Source: Candidatus Thorarchaeota archaeon (GTDB lineage: Archaea > Asgardarchaeota > Thorarchaeia > Thorarchaeales > Thorarchaeaceae). Taken from it: 64,000 nucleotides of DNA. The notes beneath the pieces were generated by a model. That model did not search any database, had not been told where the DNA came from, and saw nothing but the letters and a program-made list of their open reading frames with translations. Below, piece by piece: positions 9,152 through 18,481 of this stretch. The stretch spans positions 10,875-74,874 of the forward strand of contig PRDI01000039.1 of the NCBI GenBank assembly GCA_003345595.1, written 5' to 3'. Each line of letters starts with the position of its first letter. Position 1 is the stretch's first letter. Position numbers and translations under genes: made by a program.

Positions 9152-11551
9152 ATGCTTGTGCCCAGAAAGGATGAAAAGCCTTACCACATACCCCGAAAGC
9201 CGGGGGCCGCAATGGACCAAGACCACAGGCAGTTGATTGTTCCAGTCACTGGCACAAGCAGTGTGCGCTTGCCAGACGGCAGGCCTGCGGAGCAGGCGGT
9301 CCCTGAAGAGTATGTGTATGCGGATTTCACATTCAGGTCGATTGGAGCACGCAATGGCAGGGATCTCGAGTTCCTTCTCAAGGTCTACTTGCCTGTGCTA
9401 GTTGTGCCTTCCCCCAATGCTGGCCGGTGTTTTCTCCTGGACTTACTGGGATTCGCTTCGACCTCAGTCAGAGTCCTTCGAGATCCCAATCTCGAAGGCA
9501 TCCTGAGAAAGGCCGAGGCAGTTACGACAGACGCCCAGCTTCAGGAGTGTTTGGACGAGGCGCTGGTGGCAGCCAAGAGCATCGCTAATGCAGAGTCGGT
9601 AGCGCTTCGTGGTGCTCTGTCGGAACCTACAGCGGGAGGAGTTTCGCAGCTGCTAGGTTGGCCTCTCAGGAAGGGACCTGAGGCCTATGCACTTGTTCTG
9701 TCTCCGGTGGTTCAGTCTTCTGCGTCTGATGAGGCTTCCGTAGCTGTCAGAACTGCTGCAAGTTCGCTCCGGACAGCAGAAACGCAGGTTCCAGAGCTAA
9801 TTGAAGGCTTGAGAGCAAAAACGCGCCAAATCATCGCAGTACGTGAGAAGGAGGCTTCAGAGGTAGTAACAAGGCTGGACTTGAGGGTCGACACCCTTCA
9901 GAAGGAAGTTTCTAGTCTTCAGTCCCGGCTCAAGCAGACAACGACTTCAAGGCCCAACAAGAGCAGCACCAAAGAGGCAGAGCTACTAGAGCTCTTGAGA
10001 GCTCGTGAGACTGCCCTGAAGAGAGACCTTGAGAGGAAACACAAGACGGTAGCCGAGGGTCAGGCCTCATCGAGGCGCCTGCTGCTCAAGATGGAATCGA
10101 TGGAATCAGAAATGAACACCGCCAATCGAACAGTGTCTGATTGCCGCACGAGTCTAGAGCGTCTAGAAGTTGCTGCACAAGGTCTCGACCTCTCAGGACT
10201 TAGGGCTGTTCTTCTCATTCCTCTGGTCTTGGCTGGCTTCTCAAAGAAGGGGCGACTGGACATCGCAGTCTATCCTCCGTCGCGCTTGCTGATTGACCGT
10301 CAAAAGATTGGCCTGCGAAGGGAGTATGTCGATTCGATGTCGGAAGCCTCCCGAGAGATTGTACAGATCTCTGACTGGTGCGAAGAGCGAGCAAACAGTG
10401 AGGTCGCTTTCAGGAAGACGATCAGGGATGCATCTCAGATGTACAACCTGCTCATGCTCAAGAACACTAGACAGATGATCAGAGAAGGAGCTAGAATGCT
10501 TCTTGCAGACGGCTTGATCAAAGAGTCCGCTCTGCAAGACCTGGATTCTATGCTTTCAGGCTTCTCTGAGCAAGTCCTGACAACGACTGCTGCTGCACCT
10601 CTTAGCAGCTCCCTGGTTTCAGGGAGAACAGCCGAGTGCCGGGTTGAGTTTCGAATCCACAATGACTCAGGTGCGCCTGTTGGTCGTGCCGTTCTTGAAC
10701 TGGATGGGGTCAGTAGTGGGTCCGATAAGAATGGAGTAGTTAGTCTGTCTTTGCAAACGGGTTTGCACAGAGGACGTGTCAGCGCACCCGGTCATAGGGA
10801 TGAGCCAATCGAGTTTCATCTCGCGGATAACGCTGACACTGTCATTCCAGTCCTATTGACCCAAATGTCTCGCGAAGAGCAGCTCGGGGATTCACTAGAC
10901 AAGCTTGTCGAGCGAGCAAGGCGGATAGACATGATTCGAGATCGGCTTTGGGATGCATTTCAGACTCATGGCGACACACTCTTGAATATCCCTGCATATC
11001 GAAGTGCTCTGGTAGAACTGTTGTCGAACTTAGGTTATGAATCCGAAGCTTGGATTGTCGAGGCCACAAAGAAGAAGGGAATGGTCAAACGTCTTCTGAA
11101 GCGCGATGACAGGAGTGAGGCTCTCAGGAGGGATGTTCTCAGAATTGCCGAGGAGTCCAAGCAATCTGGAGGCATCATGCTCTTCTCAACACTGATGGTT
11201 CAACTGGACGACCTCGGCTGGACCACGAACGCAGACGAGATTGAGTCAGCCATCAAGGAAATGTCCCGGGAAGGTCTCATTGAGGGCATGATCAACCTGA
11301 AGGGAGGGGCAAGGCTAGTCAAGTTTGTGCCCGTTTCCCTGACAGACGACCCGGAGCAAATACTAGGTCTTGCGGCCCGGAAGGAGGGACGGCTGACGAT
11401 AGAGGAAGCGGTCGTGGGCCTAGGTTGGACTGAAGAGAGAGTCCAGAATGCTCTGGACCTTCTCGTCAATGGCGGCGTCGCTAAAGTCCAGCGAAGCTAC
11501 TCCCAGAGCACTCAATACTGGTTCCCAGGTCTGAGGAGTAGAAAGGCATAA
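9152..11551 (+). CDS. Large coiled-coil / Ig-like protein with a C-terminal EAP30/Vps22-Vps36 (ESCRT-II)-like tandem winged-helix domain
   Basis: C-terminus: GGIM.....L...DEIESAIKEM, LVKFVPVSL, LGWTEERVQNALDLLVNGG, YWFPGL; central coiled coil; beta-sandwich segment GAPVGRAVL....SDKNG. Confidence 0.8.
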   Translation: MLVPRKDEKPYHIPRKPGAAMDQDHRQLIVPVTGTSSVRLPDGRPAEQAVPEEYVYADFTFRSIGARNGRDLEFLLKVYLPVLVVPSPNAGRCFLLDLLGFASTSVRVLRDPNLEGILRKAEAVTTDAQLQECLDEALVAAKSIANAESVALRGALSEPTAGGVSQLLGWPLRKGPEAYALVLSPVVQSSASDEASVAVRTAASSLRTAETQVPELIEGLRAKTRQIIAVREKEASEVVTRLDLRVDTLQKEVSSLQSRLKQTTTSRPNKSSTKEAELLELLRARETALKRDLERKHKTVAEGQASSRRLLLKMESMESEMNTANRTVSDCRTSLERLEVAAQGLDLSGLRAVLLIPLVLAGFSKKGRLDIAVYPPSRLLIDRQKIGLRREYVDSMSEASREIVQISDWCEERANSEVAFRKTIRDASQMYNLLMLKNTRQMIREGARMLLADGLIKESALQDLDSMLSGFSEQVLTTTAAAPLSSSLVSGRTAECRVEFRIHNDSGAPVGRAVLELDGVSSGSDKNGVVSLSLQTGLHRGRVSAPGHRDEPIEFHLADNADTVIPVLLTQMSREEQLGDSLDKLVERARRIDMIRDRLWDAFQTHGDTLLNIPAYRSALVELLSNLGYESEAWIVEATKKKGMVKRLLKRDDRSEALRRDVLRIAEESKQSGGIMLFSTLMVQLDDLGWTTNADEIESAIKEMSREGLIEGMINLKGGARLVKFVPVSLTDDPEQILGLAARKEGRLTIEEAVVGLGWTEERVQNALDLLVNGGVAKVQRSYSQSTQYWFPGLRSRKA

Positions 11552-11605
11552 GACTGTCATGGACCCGGCGACTAGCCAGCGCTCGCCAGAAAGGAGTCTG
11601 GGAAG

Positions 11606-12397
11606 ATGAACTCGTTCTCACATATGATGTTCGGTTTCGGTCTGTTTGTGGCTCTGTACTCCCTGGTCTATGCAGCCAGTGTGTGGCTGTCGGACATAGG
11701 TCGTCTCTCTGCCTTGTTGTTCTACTACCTCGCCGGCGGAGTCTTGCTCACAGTTGTTGTGGTGCCGGTGCTTTTCCACAAGGCGCCTAACAAGGATATG
11801 TCAGATCGCACTACCAGTAACAAGGCATCGGCGGGCGCCTTGACCTTCATCGTGTTTTGTCTGGGAACGCTCGCTGGTAGCGTGGTCTATCACCTGATCA
11901 GCGGAGTGCCAATCATCGGCAACCTGTCCATCTTCATTGGCGCATTCATAATGATGTCAGGAACGCTGATGCCCGATTGGGACATACCTCTGTTGGGGAT
12001 TGAACGTCACCGGAACGTGATATTCCACTCTGCAATCTTGCCTATGCTAATTGTCTTGATGACCCTAGTCAACGTGTTCTTGGCGATAACATCAACGACC
12101 TCTCTCAGAATAGGAGCGGCAACCGAATACTACATCACTGCGCTTTTCCTACTAGGGTATGCGGCACACCTGTATCTTGATGTCTTCCCGAGTGACGCAA
12201 GTCCATTAGAGATTCTCTGGATCTCAGCGGATCCGGGGCACAAAGCTCCAACTGGCCTGAAGCCCTTTGGGCCCATCAAGGTAGGGAAAGGTCAAGCACG
12301 GATGTGGTTGGTAAGCAATGCCACCTTGTTGCTGATGATAGCTACAGCCCTGTTCGCGTTGTATTTCTACAATATACTCCTGCCGCCCTCGCCCTAG
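11606..12397 (+). CDS. Membrane-bound metal-dependent hydrolase (YdjM-like)
   Basis: Multiple TM helices with SH, MPDWD, RHRNVIFHS and AHLYLD motifs. Confidence 0.72.
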   Translation: MNSFSHMMFGFGLFVALYSLVYAASVWLSDIGRLSALLFYYLAGGVLLTVVVVPVLFHKAPNKDMSDRTTSNKASAGALTFIVFCLGTLAGSVVYHLISGVPIIGNLSIFIGAFIMMSGTLMPDWDIPLLGIERHRNVIFHSAILPMLIVLMTLVNVFLAITSTTSLRIGAATEYYITALFLLGYAAHLYLDVFPSDASPLEILWISADPGHKAPTGLKPFGPIKVGKGQARMWLVSNATLLLMIATALFALYFYNILLPPSP

Positions 12398-12783
12398 AGC
12401 CAGTCCTCGTCGCCCCGGTCCTCTTCCTCTGCGTCTTCATTCTCCTCGAAGAGGTCCTCGTCCACATCCTCATCAAGCTCCTCATCGGGCTCTTCTACCT
12501 CTTCTTCCTCCTCCTCTTCTTCTTCTGCTGCTGGCGCTGGCGGCGTTGCCCCGCTTGGGGCCTCTTCCTCCTCTTCCTCATCCTCGAAAAGGAAGGTTTC
12601 CGGTTCCGGCTCCTCTTCTACGGGCTCTTCCTTCTTTCCCTTCTTCGTCTTGTGAACAGCAAGACAGATGTTTTCTTCTGGGTCGAGGTATTCACACTCA
12701 GGACAACACTCACCCTTGTGATTGCAGGAGTAGTAGGCTCCACACTTCTTGCAGCACTTGAGCTCTTGAGTCACCGTGTGCAC
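12394..12783 (-). CDS. Small Cys-rich Zn-binding protein with a highly acidic C-terminal tail
   Basis: CCKKC..C...ECCPEC followed by poly-Glu/Asp. Confidence 0.65.
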   Translation of the reverse strand: MHTVTQELKCCKKCGAYYSCNHKGECCPECEYLDPEENICLAVHKTKKGKKEEPVEEEPEPETFLFEDEEEEEEAPSGATPPAPAAEEEEEEEEEVEEPDEELDEDVDEDLFEENEDAEEEDRGDEDWL

Positions 12784-12937
12784 CCGTACTGGTTATGAAT
12801 GCCCTTTGGTTACCTAACAGATTCCAAATAAGGTATTCTGAAGTTCAAACTCCCTTTTGTGATTGTACGGATAAAGTCCTTCGTATCCAGTCAAAGTTAA
12901 ATGACAAGGTCTGTCTTTCCGTCAAGAGCTGGTACGA

Positions 12938-14671
12938 TTGAGCGAGCTGGAACTAGACATCCGCAAGTTGGTCCTCGATAACGCCATCAAATACAACGGG
13001 GTTCCAAGCGCCAAGTCAGTCATGAGTGCGCTTCTTGGTATCCGAGCAGATCTGAGGTCCCGTGCCCGTGAGGTGAAGGAGATCACCGACCGAATGGTGG
13101 CAGAAGTTGGTGGATTGTCTTTGGATGAGCAACGGGCGGAACTTGCTAGGATTGCGCCAGATCTACTTGGACCGGCCGCAGAGCGGAAGATTGAGCCCAA
13201 GGGTCTGCCTGACCTGCCAAACGTTCAAGCTTGGCCAAAGGTCGTGATGCGACTTGCTCCTTTCCCCTCTGGACCGCTCCATGTGGGGAATTCTCGTATG
13301 GTGATTCTGAATGACTACTACGTGCGCAGATATGCCGGCGAGCTGATTCTCGTCTTTGATGATACGATAGGCTCTGAAGATAAAGTGCTGGAGCCTGATG
13401 CCTACGACCTAATACCTCAAGGTCTTGATTATCTGGGTGTCAAGTGTGATCGGACCATTTACAAATCCGACAGACTAGAGTTGTTTTACAAGTATGCGAG
13501 GGACTTGATTCAGAAGTCCTTGGCGTACGTTTGCACATGCAACGCTGAGACTTGGAGGAAGGAGAACAAGGCGAAAGGCATACCCTGTGCATGCCGCAAC
13601 ACTAGCCCCGAGGAGAACATCCGCCGCTGGGAAAAGATGCTAGACGGCACGTATTCCGCTAAAGCTGCAGCAGTTCGGCTCAAGACAGGAATGGATCTTC
13701 CTGACCCCGCACTCCGAGATCACGTCATTCTTAGAGTTTCTGAGACCGAACATCCGAGGGTTGGTTCTCGCTACAGAGTCTGGCCTCTCCTTGAGTTTTC
13801 ATGGGGAATAGACGACCATGAGCTTGGTATCTCTCACATCATCAGAGGAAAAGACCTCGTGAAAGAGGGAAAGATCGAAGAGTTAGTGTGGAACATGTAT
13901 AGTTGGAAGCATCCTGAGCTCATCTACTACGGTCGGCTGAAGTTCGAGGACGCGACGTTGAGCAAGAGCAAGTCTCGAAGAGAGGTGAAAATCGGGACTT
14001 ATAGCGGCTGGGACGATCCACGTACTTGGAGCATGCAATCATTGGCGAAACGTGGGATCGACCCAAATGCACTCAAGAAGGTCATGCTTGACTTGGGTCT
14101 CAGTCTGGCGGATATCTCGATATCCATGAAGGCCGTCTACTCTGAGAACAGGAAGCTGAAGGACACCGAAGCTCCGCGTCTGTTCTTTGTCGAGTTTCCT
14201 GTCTGGCTGAACCTGACCAGAGTACCAGCGGACGTGGTGAAAGCCGAAGCTCCTGTGCACCCCGACTTCCCGGAACGCGGCTTCAGAGAGATTCCACTCA
14301 CTCGAAAGGCTAGGAAGCTCATCGTTGGAATACAGGGGACTGACTATGAGCATATTGAGGAGGGTGGCATCTTCAGGATGAAGGACTTTGCGAACTTCAC
14401 TCTCCAAAAGACACCAACCCCTGGAGCTCTGTTCCATAGCCGCGAGGTTGAACGCATACGGGAAGCCGGTGCGCCTATAATCCAGTGGGTGCCTAAGGAA
14501 GCTGCTGTTCCAGTAGAGATGACATTGGTGGACGGCAAGAAGATCACGGGACTTGCCGAACCAGCAATCTCCAGGATTCCTGTTGGGACTTTCGTCCAAT
14601 TTGAGCGCGTGGGCTTTGGCCGCGTGTTCGAGGCAGACCCGTCCATTCGAGTGGCCTTTGCCCACAAGTGA
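12938..14671 (+). CDS. gltX: Glutamate--tRNA ligase (archaeal type)
   Basis: RLAPFPSGPLHVGN (HIGH-like), AYVCTC, SHIIRGKD, LSKS (KMSKS-like), GWDDPR, QFERVGF. Confidence 0.96.
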   Translation: MSELELDIRKLVLDNAIKYNGVPSAKSVMSALLGIRADLRSRAREVKEITDRMVAEVGGLSLDEQRAELARIAPDLLGPAAERKIEPKGLPDLPNVQAWPKVVMRLAPFPSGPLHVGNSRMVILNDYYVRRYAGELILVFDDTIGSEDKVLEPDAYDLIPQGLDYLGVKCDRTIYKSDRLELFYKYARDLIQKSLAYVCTCNAETWRKENKAKGIPCACRNTSPEENIRRWEKMLDGTYSAKAAAVRLKTGMDLPDPALRDHVILRVSETEHPRVGSRYRVWPLLEFSWGIDDHELGISHIIRGKDLVKEGKIEELVWNMYSWKHPELIYYGRLKFEDATLSKSKSRREVKIGTYSGWDDPRTWSMQSLAKRGIDPNALKKVMLDLGLSLADISISMKAVYSENRKLKDTEAPRLFFVEFPVWLNLTRVPADVVKAEAPVHPDFPERGFREIPLTRKARKLIVGIQGTDYEHIEEGGIFRMKDFANFTLQKTPTPGALFHSREVERIREAGAPIIQWVPKEAAVPVEMTLVDGKKITGLAEPAISRIPVGTFVQFERVGFGRVFEADPSIRVAFAHK

Positions 14672-14779
14672 AAGAACGAACCGACGCAACAGAAGAATAG
14701 TCCAAACATTAGTGTGACGTGTCGAGCAGACCAAAGAGAACAAATAGCCAGCAGCTCATCGACCTATTGGTGATGCACG

Positions 14780-15520
14780 ATGTCAAAGAAGCCGTCTTCT
14801 GTTTCGCCTGCTCTCTTGAAACCTACTGGTCCAAGTGCGAAAATGGCCATAGATGACAAGAAGCGAAGAGCGTACTATTTCGACCCCAAGATAACGCCTG
14901 AGAAGGCTGCTGAGCTAGCCACGAGAGATGGTGCAGCGGCACTTGGGATTTCGCCCAGTTCGGTCAATGTGGGCAAGCCCTCATTGAGGTTTGACTTCTA
15001 CTGCATCTACAAGGCTGACATGTCGATGAAGTATGTACAGTCCCGCCAACAGGAGCTGGGTGTGAATGACAGAGTAGTCGCGGCGATGGTTGGCAATTCC
15101 GTGTTTGTGCCACGTAAGGGCAAGGATGTACCGGGGAAGGCTGTCGCGATTGAGCTTTCGGAGTTGTACGAAATCGCAGCATCTGACGGCATGACGCTGG
15201 ACGGAACAACCGGCACTCAGGCTAGGTCCTTCGAACCTCTTCTTGCTGGTGCAGGGAAGAAGCCTGTTGTAGGCGGCTGGCTGAAGAAGGCAAGTGTTTC
15301 TCCAGGGAAGTACACATCGGTCGACAGGGTTGTCAAAGATGTCGTGAAGGTTGCGGCGAAGGCGCCAGCTGGCGCAAAGCGCATCGTTGATCATAAGGTT
15401 GTCTTCAGCAGGCTCGATGGGTTCTACATGCCAACCTACTACGTGACTGTATCGGCAGGCGGCAAGTCGAAGATAATGAGAGTAAATGGCTTGAACGGTG
15501 CTGTCGCCCTCAAGATATGA
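14780..15520 (+). CDS. Hypothetical basic protein
   Basis: 246-aa ORF with ATG and GGTGA RBS, co-oriented with neighbours; no recognisable motif. Confidence 0.7.
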   Translation: MSKKPSSVSPALLKPTGPSAKMAIDDKKRRAYYFDPKITPEKAAELATRDGAAALGISPSSVNVGKPSLRFDFYCIYKADMSMKYVQSRQQELGVNDRVVAAMVGNSVFVPRKGKDVPGKAVAIELSELYEIAASDGMTLDGTTGTQARSFEPLLAGAGKKPVVGGWLKKASVSPGKYTSVDRVVKDVVKVAAKAPAGAKRIVDHKVVFSRLDGFYMPTYYVTVSAGGKSKIMRVNGLNGAVALKI

Positions 15521-15615
15521 TGGTGGCGTCAAGAAAGCAGTGCTCGGTCTCTGGAGGGGGCAACAGCCGTCCATTGCGGCGGTTCCCTTCCCATTCAAAG
15601 AAGGAGTCATCCGAT

Positions 15616-16803
15616 ATGTTGCCAGAGTACTCAGCCGTACTTCTACGGTATGGTGAGATAGGGATCAAGTCCAGGCAGACCCGACGACGAATGGTCTCTC
15701 TGCTCGTGAAGCACGTGGAAACGGCGCTGAAGGAGGCAGGAGTGAGTTTCTCTTGCACGAGGACAGACTTCGGCCGGATCTATGTTGAAACAACCGAGGC
15801 AGTCAGAGTGTCACAAGTGGCTTCACGCGTCTTTGGAGTTGTTTCCGTCTCGCCCGTTGTCGTGATTGACTCAAATCTCGATACCATATTGGATGTAGGC
15901 TCGGCAATGGCCGCAGCCTCATTCACAAGAGGCAGGAGCTTCGCTGTTCGTGCAAGCAGAGTGGGCACCCATGCGTATTCCAGTCAGGACATCCGAGAAC
16001 GTCTGGGTGAACGCATTCTAGAGAAGCTTGCCGATTTCGACCTTAGAGTTGATCTCAGATCACCCGCTCAGGTAGTCGAAGTCGAGGTCCGTGACGAATT
16101 CGCCTATGTATTCGGTGAAACATTACCTGGTGTTGGAGGTATGCCCATGGGGTCTCAGGGCAAGGTCGTCTGCCTGATTTCAAGCGGACTTGACTCACCA
16201 GTCGCAGCGTACAAGGCAATGAAGAGAGGATGTATCCCTGTCTTTGTCACATTCGATAACATACCGTATGCCGATGAGGCATGTAGTGGTGTCGCAGTTA
16301 AGCAGGCAGCAAAACTCGCTGAGTACGTCCATGACTACCAGGTAAAGGTGTATGTGGTGCCTCACGGTACTGATCTGGCTGACATCGTCAGTCATGCGCC
16401 ATATAGAATGACGTGCCTTTACTGCAAGAGGAACATGCTTCGGATGGCTCGCGAAATAGCCATGCTGGAGAAGGCAGATGCTCTTGTCACAGGTGAAATC
16501 ATCGGTGAACAGGCCTCTCAAACAAGCAGGAATCTAAGAGCGATAGGCGGCGCTATCTGTGACTATCCCGTCCTGAGACCGTGCATCGGTGATGACAAGG
16601 TGGACATCGAGCACTTAGCTGCCGCTATCGGAACATATCAGTTTGCCAGCGAAGGACTCTCATGCTGTACTCTGCCGCCGAAGTATCCAGTGGTCACTGC
16701 GGATATCGACAAAGTGAATGAAGCGGAAAAGGGACTAGACCTGAGCATCCTCAAAACACAGGTGTCGCAGGCAAGGGTTGTCTTTCTGAAAGAGAAATCA
16801 TGA
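15616..16803 (+). CDS. thiI: tRNA 4-thiouridine synthase ThiI
   Basis: LRYGEIGIKS, THUMP domain, PP-loop SSGLDSPVA, CLYCKR, GEIIGEQASQT; AAGGAG RBS before ATG 15616. Confidence 0.93.
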   Translation: MLPEYSAVLLRYGEIGIKSRQTRRRMVSLLVKHVETALKEAGVSFSCTRTDFGRIYVETTEAVRVSQVASRVFGVVSVSPVVVIDSNLDTILDVGSAMAAASFTRGRSFAVRASRVGTHAYSSQDIRERLGERILEKLADFDLRVDLRSPAQVVEVEVRDEFAYVFGETLPGVGGMPMGSQGKVVCLISSGLDSPVAAYKAMKRGCIPVFVTFDNIPYADEACSGVAVKQAAKLAEYVHDYQVKVYVVPHGTDLADIVSHAPYRMTCLYCKRNMLRMAREIAMLEKADALVTGEIIGEQASQTSRNLRAIGGAICDYPVLRPCIGDDKVDIEHLAAAIGTYQFASEGLSCCTLPPKYPVVTADIDKVNEAEKGLDLSILKTQVSQARVVFLKEKS

Positions 16804-16861
16804 GAAGCACTCTGTCGATGGCTGGCTCCAACCAACTGTCAGTTTTCGACCGTACTAAGGT

Positions 16862-16869
16862 TTTAAATA
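16862..16869 (+). promoter_or_regulatory. Candidate TATA box for the histone gene
   Basis: TTTAAATA about 63 nt upstream of the start; GAGGAG RBS just before the TTG. Confidence 0.4.
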
Positions 16870-16931
16870 GTGATGGATGCCAATAGGAGTTTATCCGGAC
16901 TGCTAGAGGCAGTTCGAGGAGCGAGAGCACT

Positions 16932-17168
16932 TTGCCGCGTTCAAGAAAGGATCGAATCATTCCCGTCGCACCGATAGATCGCTTGATTCGTAAGGCCGGG
17001 GCAGGTCGAGTGAGCGATAAGGGCGCCGAAAAACTTGCATCAATACTTGAGGAGGTGGGTGAGTTCATCGCCCATCGCGCCTTTGAGCTGACAGAACACA
17101 CCGGCCGCAAGACGATTACTGATAAGGACATAGAGTTGGCCTACAAGCAATGGGGCAAGCCTAAGTAG
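16932..17168 (+). CDS. Archaeal histone (HMf-type histone fold)
   Basis: IPVAPIDRLIRKAGAGRVS...LEE......A...HTGRKTITDKDIELA. Confidence 0.95.
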   Translation: MPRSRKDRIIPVAPIDRLIRKAGAGRVSDKGAEKLASILEEVGEFIAHRAFELTEHTGRKTITDKDIELAYKQWGKPK

Positions 17169-17226
17169 CAGCGGCATCATACTTCGTTTCAGCACACATC
17201 GAACCAAGGACTGAGAACTAGGTATC

Positions 17227-17940
17227 ATGATGAGGAGAACAGATAGAGTGGGCAAGACTGAAGAGAGAGTCCGCGACAATACTGCTCTTCTGTCACTCCA
17301 CGATGTCAGTCCTGCCTTTGAAGATGATGTGGTCAAGTCATGTGACAGAATGGCCGATTTGGGGATGGAGAGTCTCACCCTTCTCGTGACACCTTTCTAC
17401 GGCATGAAGATGGTCCACAGCCTCGAGAAGAATGATCTCTTCTGTGAGTACATCCAGTCGCTTGGCCTCGAGATATCGATGCATGGATATTCACATCTTT
17501 CAAAGTCAGGCGCAGGCGATGAGTTCAACAGGATTTCTTCAGACCGAGCGGCTGCAAGGCTCCGGTCTGGATTCGAGGCTATTGAGAGGGGAATGAATAG
17601 CAGGCCAAGCGGCTTTGTACCACCCCTATGGCAGGCTCCTGTTAGAATCGTTGACATCTCAAAGGAGGTAGGGTTCGAGTACTGCATTGTCGGCAACAGA
17701 TTGTACTCTCATGCTGACTCAAGAGTGCTTACCACTACCAATTACCTGGTCAGCGAGGGCACGGCCAAGACTTCCTTTGTAGACTCCTTTCTCGAACTTG
17801 AGCTTGGCGGTCCGGTGCAGGTTGGTGTGCATCCATTGGACAACCGCACCAACAAGGTGTACGAGCTGCTGGAAGACATGAAGGATCGACTGGGCTACCG
17901 ACTGATTGGCTATCGTGACTACTTGGTTTCGGTTTCCTGA
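17227..17940 (+). CDS. Polysaccharide deacetylase-like protein (DUF2334 type)
   Basis: LHDVSP, EISMHGYSH, GFVPPLW, GVHP motifs. Confidence 0.8.
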   Translation: MMRRTDRVGKTEERVRDNTALLSLHDVSPAFEDDVVKSCDRMADLGMESLTLLVTPFYGMKMVHSLEKNDLFCEYIQSLGLEISMHGYSHLSKSGAGDEFNRISSDRAAARLRSGFEAIERGMNSRPSGFVPPLWQAPVRIVDISKEVGFEYCIVGNRLYSHADSRVLTTTNYLVSEGTAKTSFVDSFLELELGGPVQVGVHPLDNRTNKVYELLEDMKDRLGYRLIGYRDYLVSVS

Positions 17941-18481
17941 AAGCCCATGGCCGGCATGTGACTGCAGGGCGCGGACTGCTCGCACCATCAGAACTCCGTA
18001 CCTAGTAAAATCATCCGCGGATTCGAGGCTGTGTGGAAAGCCCTTTTAGGCACGCCGTGGGGATTCCAGAGATCGAACGGCCGTTTGTCATCCAAGGAAA
18101 ACGGGACAGGGAACTGAGATGCAGAGTCCCCACAGAACAAGTATATGAGTTTGTCAAGCAGACTAGCAGGCGCTTCGCTGGACGTATGTCCTGCACGCTG
18201 TCCAAGCTTCACTCGGTAATTGGTGCGAGGAGTGACTCATAGTTGAACCAGTCTCATAAGATTCTCCTGCGCGACCTATTCTGTATGAAGAGCGTATATG
18301 TGACTGCAGGACATAGTCCGAAAAATGGAACGGCTCGGCTGTCAAAAGAATCAACTCGTACGGAATTGTTTATTATGCGAAACTCAGGGAGCACGTATTC
18401 GAGTGAGGATGGACATCCGAGCCGCTTGATAGCCAAGAACAGTCCATTGTGTGCAGGAACCGCAATCGGAGGTAGCACCAC

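Noticed and set aside
17941-18481. Small ORFs or a structured leader upstream of the giant gene
   Set aside because: The overlapping short ORFs lack motifs, and no convincing repeat or hairpin array was seen
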